A DNA stretch of 58,026 nucleotides, filler included, from Circinaria calcarea (lineage: Eukaryota), in NCBI GenBank assembly GCA_051942165.1. It is 4 parts of 4 records of this genome, joined end to end, with 100 filler letters (N's around TTAATTAATTAA, not from the genome) between each part and the next. Parts side by side here need not be neighbours in the genome. Positions count along the whole stretch, not along the records: positions 1 to 14,442 come from JAVECS010000430.1; positions 14,543 to 28,983 come from JAVECS010000431.1; 2 more parts are not named here. The stretch is one strand, 5' to 3'. Both the position numbers and the translations under genes were made by a program. Position 1 is the stretch's first letter. Each line of letters starts with the position of its first letter. The notes under the pieces were generated by a model, which searched no databases, was not told the DNA's origin, and saw only the letters and a program-made list of their open reading frames with translations. This document shows, piece by piece, positions 12,397 to 25,348 of the stretch.

Positions 12397-14442
12397 TTAT
12401 ATGAAACAGCTATCCATCTCAGAAGTCCCCTCATCTACCGAATTCTTCGTGGTGAAGCTTCTCCAAGAATCAAGTTCGCGTTGGAACTCAGTCATACTCC
12501 CCTTGTCCACTGCGAACCATCCATTATGGTCCTTGGCGCGACGTGGTGTAGGATTCTCTGGTCTATACTCTGAAGGAGTACTCGATACAGCGTCCAACAT
12601 CCAGGCTCCCAACGTCGCCTTGATTTCCAGTTTCTTGAAGTGTACCGTCGGATATGCTCTCCTTGGTTTCGGATGAGATACCGGTACATTGTGCAGTCGT
12701 TTCTCCAATTTCACGTCGGTGCCATAATAACCTTCGGGATGCGCATACCGGAGGATGGGAGAACGGGTTCGTTGTTTGAATGGACGGCCTTCAAGACACG
12801 CAAGCGCACGAGCATGATTGGCTGCGTGATATGCTGCCTCGGCCGCGTCGTTATCGTTTGTTGTCTTTGAACTCGAGGAGAGGTAGCTAGTGCCGGTATT
12901 GTTATTGCTCTGACGGGTTTCAGTGGTCTTGTTGCCATGTTGCAAAATACTGGCTTCGACAACTCTATCGAGAATTCCGTCGTGGGTTTCAAGAAAGTAA
13001 GAACTCTCATTGCTAGAATCCAAAATGGAGTCTTCCTCAAAGAACTCTGTCTCATCCCTCGGACTGAAGGATATACCTAGGCCTATTCCACCTTCCCTGA
13101 AGAAGCTGTTATGCTCTAGATAACCGGCCCGACGGAGTACAGGCATATTGCTATGGCCTTGGGAAGCTACTGCAACTTTATCGTTGTATTCGATGGGTGG
13201 TGAGTGATCCCGGTTGCGGAGAACATCCTCCCAAAGGTCAACCGGTGCAGAGTAAAGGGCCTCTTCCCAAAATGCCGAAGAGGTGGTGGACTCGGCAGAG
13301 TCATTGTCTGAGGTTTCATCATCCACATCTTCTAAAGGCGATCGGACGGTATCTATCCAGCGCGAAACAATGTCTGAAGGCAATGGTGCCTCCAGATACG
13401 CTTGCTTCTTGATCGTCAAACAGGATTTTTCAAAGCACGGCGAGGAACAGTCCAGCTCAGTTCCAGTGCTATGGAAAGATGGTGTGGCAAGGTTTTCACG
13501 ATCCTTGTGCCAATCAATTGGAATTGGTCGATCGAATCCGTCCTGGTCTTCCCTAGACTCATGCCTAACTGCGGTACCTGGGTTCTCCGAAGACGAGAGA
13601 TTCAAGTTCATGGGTCCTTGCACGCGTCGCTGCCGAGGACGGTCAGGTTTCGCGGCAGCTTGATCAATATTCCACTTCCGATCAGCCTCTGCAACCATCA
13701 TCCCCCAAGTCATCTGAGGAGCTGCTGCCGGACCAGGATTCGGGACATAAATTGAAGAACTCGAAGTACCTTCCTCAAGCCCATCAAACAAGTTGAACAA
13801 CTTTCTTGATGCCCTATTTGGGTAGGGACTTTTAACGGCACGACGAGGATATGGGCTATTGGCCGATCCTCCGGGTACGACGTCACGACGTGGTGTATCT
13901 ACGTCTTCTTCAAAACGGATGTGCTCCAATCCCTGCGTGATAGATGTGGTTGATGGAGATGATGGAGGATATTGACTCTGTCGTTGGCTCTCAGGAACGA
14001 TTCCGTGGTTCAAGAGAACATCATCACCCTCAAAGTCTGTGATGTTGTCGCCCAGGTTAGTGGGGCGAGCTGGCCATGGCAATGGATAAGGACTCTGCAA
14101 AAGACGATCATGCATGGGTCGGTATATATGATTACCCAACGAGACAGGCAAGCTATTGTCTTTATCGTTCTCCGCGTTTCCTTGAGTCTGAGCCGATTGT
14201 TCTGTAAGTTGATGGCTTCTAGTAGAAGAGGATTTTCGAGCAAAGACCTCATATCGGCCGTTCTCGTCATTCGGTACGAATCTGATGTTGTATCCGCCCT
14301 TCACAGCCTTCAAGAGGCGTTCGACCTTCTCGTCTATGTATTGGTCGCTCGGACTTGGGGGTGGTCCACTCCCTGAGATTGCCCTAGCTTTCTCCTTGGA
14401 CTGGGAAGAGAAGCTATGAGCATTGGTGTCCAATCCGATATT
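12397..14442 (-). CDS. Hypothetical, largely disordered protein; 5' end cut off by the contig end
   Basis: 678+ codon open frame running to the gap; no recognisable domain. Confidence 0.65.
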   Translation of the reverse strand, partial: NIGLDTNAHSFSSQSKEKARAISGSGPPPSPSDQYIDEKVERLLKAVKGGYNIRFVPNDENGRYEVFARKSSSTRSHQLTEQSAQTQGNAENDKDNSLPVSLGNHIYRPMHDRLLQSPYPLPWPARPTNLGDNITDFEGDDVLLNHGIVPESQRQSQYPPSSPSTTSITQGLEHIRFEEDVDTPRRDVVPGGSANSPYPRRAVKSPYPNRASRKLFNLFDGLEEGTSSSSIYVPNPGPAAAPQMTWGMMVAEADRKWNIDQAAAKPDRPRQRRVQGPMNLNLSSSENPGTAVRHESREDQDGFDRPIPIDWHKDRENLATPSFHSTGTELDCSSPCFEKSCLTIKKQAYLEAPLPSDIVSRWIDTVRSPLEDVDDETSDNDSAESTTSSAFWEEALYSAPVDLWEDVLRNRDHSPPIEYNDKVAVASQGHSNMPVLRRAGYLEHNSFFREGGIGLGISFSPRDETEFFEEDSILDSSNESSYFLETHDGILDRVVEASILQHGNKTTETRQSNNNTGTSYLSSSSKTTNDNDAAEAAYHAANHARALACLEGRPFKQRTRSPILRYAHPEGYYGTDVKLEKRLHNVPVSHPKPRRAYPTVHFKKLEIKATLGAWMLDAVSSTPSEYRPENPTPRRAKDHNGWFAVDKGSMTEFQRELDSWRSFTTKNSVDEGTSEMDSCFI

Positions 14443-14542
14443 NNNNNNNNNNNNNNNNNNNNNNNNNNNNNNNNNNNNNNNNNNNNTTAATTAATTAANN
14501 NNNNNNNNNNNNNNNNNNNNNNNNNNNNNNNNNNNNNNNNNN
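14443..14542. other. Artificial contig spacer (N44-TTAATTAATTAA-N44)
   Basis: 100-nt spacer with a six-frame stop linker. Confidence 0.98.
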
Positions 14543-14573
14543 CGCCCCTGATTCGAGTTCGAACGCTCTCCTT

Positions 14574-17399
14574 TCACAAGCTCCCGCCTACTTCCTTCGC
14601 TACCTCATCAAGCCACATCCCATGCGCCTCCCAATCCACCGCCTTGACTTTGCCCATCTCATCAACTATAGCCCCTATCTTGGCCACGAATTCCGCCATC
14701 CCGCCTTGAGCCAGCACCTCACTAGCCGTCGTCGTGTTCCGCAGACGATCTTCCGCGCTGGCGGCAGAGAGCCTATTCATGACATGCGCTTTCATCTTCT
14801 GGAGGAGGACTTTCATTACCGGATGTGAGATATCCGGACTCGCACGAGCTTCTGAGAGCACACGCGTTATCGTCCCTTGTAGTTGGGATCGCGTTGCTGA
14901 TGGAAGGACGTGAGATGACTCGATTATCGAAAGATATTGACTGGCATCACGGTATACTTCAGGCAGATCCCACATGCGCTGAGCTTCCGATTTCCATTGG
15001 CTGCGGACGTCACGCTTGAGGAGGTTCTTGGCGGTGAGGAGGATGGTACTAATAGCCGTAATGCGCAAGACGTCGGTCCGGATGCGTTCCACTCGAGCTT
15101 GGTCGAGTTCGAGCGTTTCGGGAAGGTCAATGGGTAAGAGCGGCGGAAAAGATATGAATAGGTCAATTAAGCCTTGCGAGTAGATCTTGTCTGAAGTCGG
15201 CTGACTCGCCAGCGAGGAGTTGTTACTAGCATCTGCCGCACGACGAGATAACTCGGATGCACCTTTAGCCCGCGCATGGCTCCACCATCGCAGAGTCTTG
15301 ATGAGTTTGCTATTCCCCATTCGTTCGGTGAAAGAACGTTGCTCATACTCTGCAGCCCTGCGTAATAACTCTGGAGCTGAAGCTTGAAGTAGGTAGTTGG
15401 CATAGTCGAGTGAGAGCAGATCGATGATATGCATCAGTTTTGCCAGTCGTTCGATAAAGTCATTGCTCTGATCTGCAGCCAAGGCTTTGACTTCAAAGTC
15501 GCGAATCGGTGCGCAGAGCTTCGGAAGAATGGTGTTTATAAAGGAGAAAAATTTCTCGTAAGAGAAGTTACCAATGTTAAGTTGCTGCTCAATTAAAGTG
15601 GGGTCAAGGGTTTCTGTAATCAAAACATGAAGTGATTTTCCCGGTGTCACAAGGTGGAGGAGCCTATCGCGGATAATTTGAGCCATGGAAACCACCCATT
15701 CGTCACCAACGCCAGCTGCCAAATCGTTCCGCATACTCTGAAAGACTGCCCTGTTGACAGTATTGCGCATGTCTGAGCGTGGGTTGACGTCGAGTCTATA
15801 GTCTTTGTTGATAGCCAACTCATGTATAAGTGTCCGATTGTCCGGTAGTGGACTAATGACTTTTTGAAGCTCATTCGCCTGAAGACTTCGATCGGATGCC
15901 GATGACTCCTGTTGGCTGACAGTCGACTGGGTTGAAACACTGGGCGTCAGTACAGGTGCTATATTAGCCGTTCTCAAAGCCGCTCTCGGCCGAACGTCTC
16001 CCACAGGCCGTCTCCTGGTCTTCGATCTCCGGCGGGCTCGAACGGCTTCGTTGACTAACTTCAATGCTTCTTCTGTCCCCGCTAGTCTTTTCAGTCGGAC
16101 AAGCAGTAAGGTCTGGTTTTGCTGAATCCCCTCTTTATAATCCGCCGCAACTTCACCATTGACATCATTTTTAACGGTTTGCCATATAGCATCTAACTCA
16201 ACGAACTGCGCAACCATAGTTTCGACCAAAAATGAGGAGTCTCGGTTTCTCCAGGCGGTGAACACAGTCTGAAAATTAGAGTAGGCTTCTACGAAAGAAG
16301 CGAGTTGGGAAGAAGAGGGTACGAAAAGACGAGGAAAGGATGTCCCTGAGAAGAGATTCTCGAAAAATGAAATGAGAATTCGAGCTTTCCTGATAAGGTC
16401 TTGCTCCTGTTCACCGTCGTTGCTCAAAACTTCTGTCGGATGACCAAGGATAAGAAACGTAGATAGGAACATCCGGACAGCAGTATTTTCACCCAAGCCA
16501 CCCCCTTCACCATCCTGTAACTCACACAGCTGGAGCATCCTCGCGGTCCTCGATAGAACCTTTTCTTGGGCTAAGAGATCCGACGTCTCTTCAAAGCTCA
16601 TCCGTTTCACATGATCTATAGTAAGATCCAGTGCTAAAAAGTCGGAAACAATCTGTCGGCGCTTCCAACTGCGCCAAGCTCTCTGAATCAGTTTCGCTGC
16701 GGCGTCTTCATCTAACACCTTCCAGGCATGAATGGCGGTTTTCTTCTCTTCCGCTACCGGTAAGAACAAAGATCGGTTGCGGCGCAGATTCTGTTGATGC
16801 ATGAGCCTCCGTCTCTCGACCTCTGCGAGCTTTTCCTCTATATCTTCTTTCAGCTTCAAGTGCTCCGCCGCCTTCCTCTCCTTCATGTCTTCGGCTATCT
16901 TCTTGGCCCTCTTGACCTCTTCTGCACAATTGGCAGCCACCTGCGCGAGGTACCTCTCCCTTGCTTGTTGCGCCGCAGCAGCTCGGCTTTCACTGACCGT
17001 TGAAATCCGCGGGGCGGCCTTGGCTAACGCAGCCCTCAATCTAACCTTCTCCGCGTGGGCAGCTTTATCGGCGAGCCTGGCTTTGCGGCTCTCGATGATA
17101 GACGCGCGCCGGAGGTGCTGGGCAATGTGGGTACTGTAAGGACCGCCATGGGCCGACCGATTGCTTCGATTCGAGTGGAGCGAGGTGATTGAGTTACGCC
17201 GAGAGGAAGCCGTCGAGGATTTTCGACGAGTGCTTGTGGGCCGGTAGAAGCGTGCCGCAATATGTGGTGGCGGGGGACAGATCGTGGATGGCTCACCGTC
17301 CGAAGACATCACAATGTCTTGAAATCCATTTGCATTCGTGCTGCAAGAGGAATCCGGTCCGGGACCTTCAAGATGGGAGGGAAGCGAAGGGCGGCGCAT
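14574..17399 (-). CDS. T-complex protein 11 (Tcp11/Sok1 family) protein with an IQ calmodulin-binding motif
   Basis: 941-aa intronless ORF with a coiled-coil N-terminus and IQ motif AAKLIQRAWRSW. Tcp11-like motifs: HELAINKDYR, LPKLCAPIRD, LSLDYANY, LPETLELDQAR, NLLKRDVR. Confidence 0.85.
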   Translation of the reverse strand: MRRPSLPSHLEGPGPDSSCSTNANGFQDIVMSSDGEPSTICPPPPHIAARFYRPTSTRRKSSTASSRRNSITSLHSNRSNRSAHGGPYSTHIAQHLRRASIIESRKARLADKAAHAEKVRLRAALAKAAPRISTVSESRAAAAQQARERYLAQVAANCAEEVKRAKKIAEDMKERKAAEHLKLKEDIEEKLAEVERRRLMHQQNLRRNRSLFLPVAEEKKTAIHAWKVLDEDAAAKLIQRAWRSWKRRQIVSDFLALDLTIDHVKRMSFEETSDLLAQEKVLSRTARMLQLCELQDGEGGGLGENTAVRMFLSTFLILGHPTEVLSNDGEQEQDLIRKARILISFFENLFSGTSFPRLFVPSSSQLASFVEAYSNFQTVFTAWRNRDSSFLVETMVAQFVELDAIWQTVKNDVNGEVAADYKEGIQQNQTLLLVRLKRLAGTEEALKLVNEAVRARRRSKTRRRPVGDVRPRAALRTANIAPVLTPSVSTQSTVSQQESSASDRSLQANELQKVISPLPDNRTLIHELAINKDYRLDVNPRSDMRNTVNRAVFQSMRNDLAAGVGDEWVVSMAQIIRDRLLHLVTPGKSLHVLITETLDPTLIEQQLNIGNFSYEKFFSFINTILPKLCAPIRDFEVKALAADQSNDFIERLAKLMHIIDLLSLDYANYLLQASAPELLRRAAEYEQRSFTERMGNSKLIKTLRWWSHARAKGASELSRRAADASNNSSLASQPTSDKIYSQGLIDLFISFPPLLPIDLPETLELDQARVERIRTDVLRITAISTILLTAKNLLKRDVRSQWKSEAQRMWDLPEVYRDASQYLSIIESSHVLPSATRSQLQGTITRVLSEARASPDISHPVMKVLLQKMKAHVMNRLSAASAEDRLRNTTTASEVLAQGGMAEFVAKIGAIVDEMGKVKAVDWEAHGMWLDEVAKEVGGSL

Positions 17400-18462
17400 G
17401 ATGGCAACTGCCGTTTGCAGGCTCCTTTGTGGTTCTGTCTTCTTTCCAAAGAGACTTGGTCCTGTAGATAATCCGTTAAGGCTTCGCGTCCAAGAGATGC
17501 TGACGTTACAGCAAAGCTACTGCTTACACCGACCGTTTGCGGAGCGCACGAGACTCCAAGGAGGTATGGGATGGAGGGTAGGACAAATGTGATTTTGTTC
17601 CAACGCGACCGAACTAGAAGTGAAAGCTGAGTAATGGAGTTGCCTGGCGAAGTACGCAGTCAGTAAGAAGGTATAGCGGCAAAGGTGCCGAGGGTTTGGA
17701 ACAGAATGTACGGAGTAGAAAGATACAAGAGGCGGATATCATACGAGTACTCAGTAGATACAAGAGCCAAACGGGAGGTGTGGAGGTCGAGTGACGAAAG
17801 GTGGGACCCTTCGGACTGGTCTATTTGTCCGAGGACCCCTGTCGTTTAATAATCACGGTACAGATTAGCCGCCACGTTCAAGTTGGTGAGGTAGGAAAGC
17901 CGACACAGATGTGGAGCAGTGGTTATCAGCAGGCAAGCTGGTAGCATTTGATCCGAAGCTTACCACACAGTATGAACATCTACAAAGGCTGGACGACATC
18001 ATCCTATCAGCGGATTGATCTGCCTCACATGATTTTGTAAACTGGACATACAAGCTTATTCGTCCTCGTTCACACGGTCAGATGGCTGGCGAGTTCAACT
18101 GAGAGAGCATCACATTCTTGGGACTCGCTGACTATGCAATTCCGCTAATATATGACAACACTTTAACCCCATTGCCTGATGGTATAGTCGTATTCGCGTG
18201 CCAAGGTCCGACAACCGAGTATGCTTGCCGTGCTCATAAGGCCACTACCGGAGTAAATCCCAATGGGAAGCCTGCCCCTTGCTACCGGGCGAGGATGAAG
18301 AGAAAGTAGAACACACAACCATCTGCGATACATCCAACATACAAATAACCGAATCTTGCGCACGTATGAAGGCAACTACTCGACCCATTCAAGCGGTCCG
18401 ATCAACAGAAAACTCACTAGAGCCAAATAGTACTTGTGGCCACGTCAAGGTTTACCTCATAG

Positions 18463-19629
18463 CTAATAGCCGGAAAGTCCGCCAGTTGGCGCTGCGGTGA
18501 AGCTGTTGGAGGTAAGAGTCAAGAAGCCAGTGCTAGCAACCTTCGTGGTGGCTTCCGTTCCATTTGTATATGGAGCACTAGTGAATGTGGGCGTAGCGCT
18601 GTAGGAGCCGGCAGCGACTGAGGATGAAGCAGCGCCCGCAGTCTGTCAAGGCGTCAGTGATGGCGCAGCATAGGGATGCTTGTTAACTTACGACTGTCAC
18701 AGTCTTGTCGGCCGTCACGGTAACAGTGACTTGTGATGGGCAAACTCCGGTCGATGAAGCACCAAGGGCTGCATTGCTCGAGGCGGGACCAGCTTCAACT
18801 GTAACGAAGATTGTACTTGTTGATGTAGATAATATGGTGGTTGTGGCAGAGCTCCCAGTACCAGCAGTACCAGCAGCGCCGGATGAGCTTGCGAAAGCAG
18901 ACGTGGCATATATAGTCTAGCGAAACACCATTAGAAATTTAATCTTTGAAGATCCCTCGGATTAACGCTCACCTGGTAAACGGTCCGAGTAGATGTGCGC
19001 CGAACGGTGGTTGTTACGACGGTTGTAGAAGAGCCAGACCCGAGGGTATATGTCAATGTTGAGTTGCTAACAAACATGGACGTGGTGTAGTCAGTGCCAG
19101 CGGCAGCACTAGATGAGCTGGGCGAACCAGTGCTGAGTGGGACTGCGGACGACGGAGTAATCGCAGCAGCGGAGCTGGTCGCCGGGGCGGTCTCCACAAT
19201 GCTTGATTGGACTGTGGCCGCCGCCGAAGAAGAGACCGAAGCAATCTCGCTTGCGCTTGAGTAGACAGAGGCCGCCGCAGACGAGGAAACCGAAGCAGTT
19301 TCGCTGGGAATGATGGACATTGGAATCTCAGTCGCAGTAACTGGGCAAACCGTGGTATATGCCTGGATAGTAGCGGTGACAACTGTTACCTCCGTTTTTG
19401 ATTCCGCAGGGCAATCCTTGACCGTGGGCGCACAAGTAACGATTGTGTATTCCTGAGTGGTGTAGACAGTTGAGGTTGTCATGAGTTGGGTGGTAGCATC
19501 TGTGGCAGCGGCGTCGCTGGTCATGTTGAGATCACGTCGGTGATGCGCGTGATGACCATAATGATGGCGGCTTGCCTCGCTCACAACTGCCAAGGCCAAC
19601 ACCAATGCGGTGGATAGTGTGCTAAACAT
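18463..19629 (-). CDS. Secreted Ser/Thr/Ala-rich cell-surface protein, 3 exons
   Basis: Signal peptide MFSTLSTALVLALAVVSEA, His-rich segment ending in RR (Kex2-like site), Cys motif TTSTVYTTQEYTIVTCAPTVKDCP. Introns ~18972-18918 and ~18691-18643; stop TAG at 18463. No clear hydrophobic GPI tail. Confidence 0.85.
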
Positions 19630-21694
19630 GTTTATGCGATTTTCTCCGGTAATAGCCTGATATAATATATGAGAGGGAAGGAGCCTTTGATATGCGGTTG
19701 AAGACTGCTCGTCAAAGTCGGTTCTTGGACTTGATTTTCTATTTGGTATCCGGAATGGATGCTTAGGGGGTATCTGGAGCGATAGGAGTCTTTTTATGGT
19801 ACTGTCCTGAGCTGAAAATGAGCGTGGCCGAATTCAATTCGCAACGATAATATCTGTAATGAGCGACTGTGGTTTGTAAAGAGAGTGAACCTCTGCGAGG
19901 GAGAGGGAGACAGAAGCAAAAGAGCGTGGTGAGCAAGAGGACGAAGGCTGTGCAAAGGAAAGGAGAGGAGAGTTGGAAGTTGGAGAAAGGGCCCCATATG
20001 TAATCTAACACGGGGAGATGAAAAAGGAACAACGAATTAGGATGAGCAGCAGGGATAGCCGGTCACACGAGGGCTGAGATTACGCCTAGACGCATGCATT
20101 AGCGTCAGGCACACGATGTGACGGTCGGGGATCCAGACAATCATTTCCCCGGAGCTTCATCCAGAAGAGGACCGCGACCAGACACTATGGTTGCAGGGAC
20201 AATAGGTGTTAGCGTGGGTTTCGACCAACCCGGGTACACACAGCAAAGGCTGTATAAATTCTTTCAAAAAGAGGTGTAATATGGAGGACATCCTCCGGTG
20301 TATATGTCGTTTTTCTGTATGAAAGCAAACTGTTGTTTGGGCCTTCTATAATTATTGCAAGATAACTACGCTAACATCTGTTATGTCTGCTACCATAGTA
20401 GAAACAGGCGCCCCCCTCTACGGAGACACACTTTTGCAATGCCGAGCTGCAGCTGGATCTGGTGGTCTCCAGAGTCAAAAGACACCTACTGAACGTGCTT
20501 TCTCCTGTTGGCGCTCTGCCAGGCCAACGTGCCGTGGCAGTACGAAGTTAAGCGCCTGTACTCATTTCAATCGCGGAGTAAACCGAGCTTCTGTCTGTGT
20601 GTAATCATAAGACAGCGAATTGTAGTGCGGCTCCCTCCGCTCCTGGATCGTTGACAAGGTTAATCTTAACATGCGCCATCTACTTCGGACTGTTCGGGAG
20701 GAACGATAACCATGATAAAGGGTCCAAATGTTCATGTGGTACGGGGTAAATGGATTGCGCCTGTGTCTGATAAGATAAGAGGGCGGATTTCTAATTCTCT
20801 CGTTCAAATGCAGTGGAGCAAACCTATCCGGACTCGTAGGACCCGAAGACGGAGGAGGCACAGTAGGTTTTGGAGAACTCTTAAGTTGGCGGTTTGGCTG
20901 AGGAGCTAGTGACATTGACATTGACGTTCGGGCATGACCATGAGGTTGAGCATGTGTGTCAGAGAAACTTGTGGTACAGCAGAGGAATATGTATCGTATC
21001 CGCCCGTTGTGTGGTCAGAACTCCGCAAGATCTGTGTCCCGGGGAAAATCCAGCGGCGGAGTGAATTTATCTCCCTATCGGAAGATGGGACACACACGGC
21101 TTTGGGCAATAGACTGCTGATTGGTCGATCATTTGCACTCTGCTCGATTTCCGCCGTTCTGTTCCTCCACGACTAGGCCGGGCAGGCAGTTCGCCAGGCT
21201 GCACTCCACAAGCGACTAAGCTAAGCCAAGCCAGACTCTTTTCTACTGTATGCCTCACTTTCGTCGGTGGGGGCTGACGTCCGTCACGTTTCAATTTTAT
21301 CCTTATACGACCCCTCTTGGCAAGCGATGCTCGTTCGATTTATATCGATCTGCTGCCATCTGTTCTTCTGCAAACTGCACATATTTGGGTTCGGGTACCT
21401 TATAAAACGTCCCTCCGCATTGCTGGCCTTGACGTATAAATTTGTCTCTCTTGAGGCTGTTCCTCGGACCCTACTCAGCCTCGTCCGCTGCGGCCTTCTC
21501 CTTGACGATTCATGCAGTGGCGACTTGACCTGTAGGGTTCAGGGAGTAATGGTCACCGCCTATTAATCACCGAACGCGCTGCATGTTTTCCTGCCATGCT
21601 GTCAGCCTCGAACACTGACCGCCGATCCACAGACTGCTGTCTATCCTAGGTTAGGCATCATTGCTCACAACATCTAATGTGATTGGCTGGTCTG

Positions 21695-24600
21695 ATGGCG
21701 CTAAGTTGGGGTGTCGGAGATGTATTAACATTGACAAAGCTTGTGAGTGTCTCTCTCTTGCCAATTCCTACGCGTCCTACACGTTATGGTTATTTGTTGA
21801 CCATCTACAGGCATGGGACTTGTATCACAACTGCTATCTCGTTGCGCGGGAAGCCCCGGACGACTTTCGGCAGCTGGTCAGCGAGCTCGGCTCCCTCCAA
21901 GGGGTTCTGAGGAACCTAAGGGACGATGTAAACTCTGATAAGTCGTTTGTAGAACGACTCGGCGAGCATCGAAAGGAGATGCTGGAACGCTGTTTGTCTG
22001 GATGCTTTGATACTTTGCGCAAGCTGCAGGAATTAGTCGTCAAGTATCGGAAACTCGGTATAAATGATGGACTGCAGTTCTGGAAGAAGTTAAAATGGGC
22101 CGTCAAGCAAGGAGAGATTTCAGACTTAAAGTCGAAAATCATGGTGCACACATGCAATATCAGTCTCTGCTTGAGTTCCATTGGGAAGTATGTGCCATGC
22201 TGGACTGTTTTCTGCTGAGGAGATCTCGCTAATGGTCGCTGATGTTGTGATACAGCTCATCTCTTTCAAGGATAGAGACATCCCTTATGAAAGCCCTTGA
22301 GCGCCAAGAGGCCACACAGGAAGATGCCGACGAGACAATTCCTCTGTTTCGGACTCAAAGCTCGCCCCCTTCGGCACTTGACCATGAAGATACTGGTGTG
22401 CAGCAGTTAAATAGGCAATTCACAGGCTCGACCTTGACGGATCTTAGGCTCCCCATCTCACCCGAAAGGACCCCGTCTATGAGCGAAGAAGACTCAGAAG
22501 CTACAATAAAGGTTGCATCGACCTTCAGCCCTCGGAAGTCTTCGATGCCAACAGGTCGGCCTCACCAAACTTCAACTCTAAATGTCGAGCACGACGGAAA
22601 ACTTTTCCCACCCAGCCCTTTGAGGTCCGAAGATGGTTTCCTGGATAATTCAAGGAAATCCTTTTCAGGAAAGTCGACGCTTGTTGAGAGTGAGGAGATG
22701 CCTCCGCAAACTGGGATTCTCGAACTAGAGGAAGTCGTTGAGGATGCAATGCAAGAGCTTTTTCGAGCCAGGCAGAAAGAGCTTACTGCCAAACCTCTTC
22801 GAGTCAGGCCCCAGGATCCGGTCCATAGGCCTAGCGAATCTGTGAAGCAGACGTTCTGGGAACTTGCGAAAGATGAAATGGACTATCGTCGGCCGAATAC
22901 CAGAGAGTTATTACGGCTGGGAACATGGTGGTTGCTCAAGGTAAGCTAAGCAAGTTGAAGTTGTAGGTAAGAAGCTAAATTGATTGTATTGCCAAGGCAC
23001 GATTCAAAATGGAGTTTGTTGAACGCTCGCAATCGTCAAACAAACGTGGAAGCATCAGTACAGGTGCCAACTCCACGGTCCCATCAGGGCAAACTTATGT
23101 CGACCTCCTAAAATCCTCCTGGATACTGTATGACATCGTCTTGAAAGAAGATAATCGGAATGGCCTACAGAGTAATGAAAACCGGACGCTCTTCATAAAC
23201 TTATCAGATGTGAGACTCAAGCTCGTTTACATTGAACTTATCGGCCCTGCTTACAACTGTGTAGGGCATAAATGAAGAATTCCGCTCATTTCGCTCGGGT
23301 GATGTTCCCGAACAGCAAGCCCTCAAGGACCAGAACCTGGATTTCAGTATCTGGGAGCATACTCAACCCGAGGAGGATAGCCTAACTTATGACGCTATTC
23401 ACCTTGGATCGGACAATGGCCGCTGGGTCACAGTGGATCAGGACGACGCCGGCGACGAAGGGGAACATGTACTCTATCGCACATTTGTCGATGCTGCCAT
23501 AGGTGGTAAGAGGCGCAGAGTAAAGACGAAGGGTGCCCCGTACATATTGATGTTATCCACCAAGGAGGGAGAAAGTGAACCGAAAGTTACGATATGCAAT
23601 CAGAGCGGAACTTTAGGGCTTACCCGCGACTGTTGGTAGCCTCTACACTGCATGACGATCAACCTACTGATCTATCATAGTCACCATAGATGACTTACAG
23701 GACTACTCCTTATCAATCCCTACGAGCCCCGTGAAAGGGCGCGCTGTCGGACCCGAGGCTTTAACGCTCAATTTTGGCCTCCTGGAAGTCGCCATTACAT
23801 TCGCCAACGATGACGGTATGAATTATGTTGCTCAGGTGTCTATCCCATTCTCATGAGATTATCTTAGAACTACAAGCGTTCATGCATCGTCCTACTCAAT
23901 ACTTTCAAGCCGTCAAGAGACGCGAGCCTCGCACACTGCAGAGAGCCCATGAAAGTCTGATCTTTAAAAGGTTTGTCAAAGTCATTGTACGCAAGAGAAT
24001 CTGCTATCTAACCCGGATTAGCTCAGTGGAGATGGTCGAACAACTCAAACCGTCCACCATGAAAGTGATGAGTCGAAAACACCAGTGGAATTCCTGCGAT
24101 CTTCGAGTTCTCGAGACTACCTGTAAAGAAGGATGGCGCACTACCCGGAGACTTATCGTCAGTTCATCGGCCGGCGAAGATTGCCCATGGTGTACAGAAT
24201 TCTGTAGGTATCATCCTGTATGTAAGGCTTTGACAATCAGCTGACACTCTCAGTTCTGCCTCTCAGTCGAGTCCAGCTCAATCGCGAAGGTTTGGCAAGA
24301 CAGGTTACAGTCAAGTGGTCAGACTGTAGCCACGAGAAGTATGACCGGACAGATGGTAATTATAATACAATCTACACACACGTTTACGACGACACCAACC
24401 CAAACATCGCACTCAGCCTACTCTTTCGTGATCAAGCGGACGCCGCCGACTTCGAAAGAAAAGTACTACACCTATCCACTGAAGCCATCTACACCTGGTC
24501 CAGTAGTCCAGACGAGGGATGTGTCTACGATATTTATGATACTGAACCCAATCCGAAGCGATACAAAGCCATTCTACTTACTCATACCCGATTGAACTGG

Positions 24601-25348
24601 AAATACTCAGAGCTTTACTACATGTATCGTGATACAGATTATGAGTATGACAGTTCTGCCCTGCGAGTCCGATTCCCCCAGATTTTCTATACAGATTACA
24701 TATCTACCCACGTCGAAAAGTTATATAAGCCAACACCAGGAGAATCGCCTCACTTCTCTTATTGCGATCAAAGAATTAACCACGTTCCGATCGACTTTGA
24801 AAACGAATCTATTAGTCGAGAATTTATGTCGTCGCTGACTTCAGATTATAAGCTTATCTTCTCGCGTCGTACTCATTATATTTCGACGAAGGCTCCACCT
24901 CGTTTTGGCTCCGCTAAGTCAAAAAAAGGCCCACCCATTATTCAGCTCTGGCGCAAAGCTAATTCTACGAGACTGCTATCAAGATGGGGTGATACGGTGG
25001 AGGAGAAGTGGATGAGCATGGCCGTTGAAGAGACCGCGTTCAATACCCCAAAGGACAACAACCGCGCGAGTCTAAGCCGGGTCGAATACGAGAAGGGTAG
25101 AAAGATCGACATGGCGAACCTAGTAGCAAGGGATCCACGGGAAAAGACGGAAGGGAGAAAGGCGGGACCGATCACCATTGCGTTTGAAAGTGTGAAAGGT
25201 TAGCTATGGCCTATGGGATCCATACCTCGAATAAATTTGCATGCTAACAGACGTTTGACATACAGATCGCGAGGAATTTGCCGCAGCCCTCCACGGCACG
25301 GAACCACCAAAAACCAAGAGCGATTGGGACCATCTAATCGATATGTAA
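21695..25348 (+). CDS. Multi-exon protein with an N-terminal fungal STAND-N/HeLo-like helical domain and an uncharacterised beta-rich C-terminal region
   Basis: Spliced N-terminus MALSWGVGDVLTLTKL|AWDLYHNCYLVAREAPDDFRQLVSELGSLQGVLRNLRDD...KLKWAVKQGEISDLKSKI. Many canonical introns link ORFs 22287, 23009, 23433, 23825 and 24292; stop TAA at 25346-25348. Confidence 0.75.

Noticed and set aside
14487..14498. TTAATTAATTAA palindrome, recurring at each gap
   Set aside because: Artificial six-frame stop linker inside N runs; not biological
14622..17592. Many short ORFs overlapping the Tcp11 gene (likewise those overlapping other genes)
   Set aside because: Antisense or alternate-frame shadows of real coding sequence with no motifs
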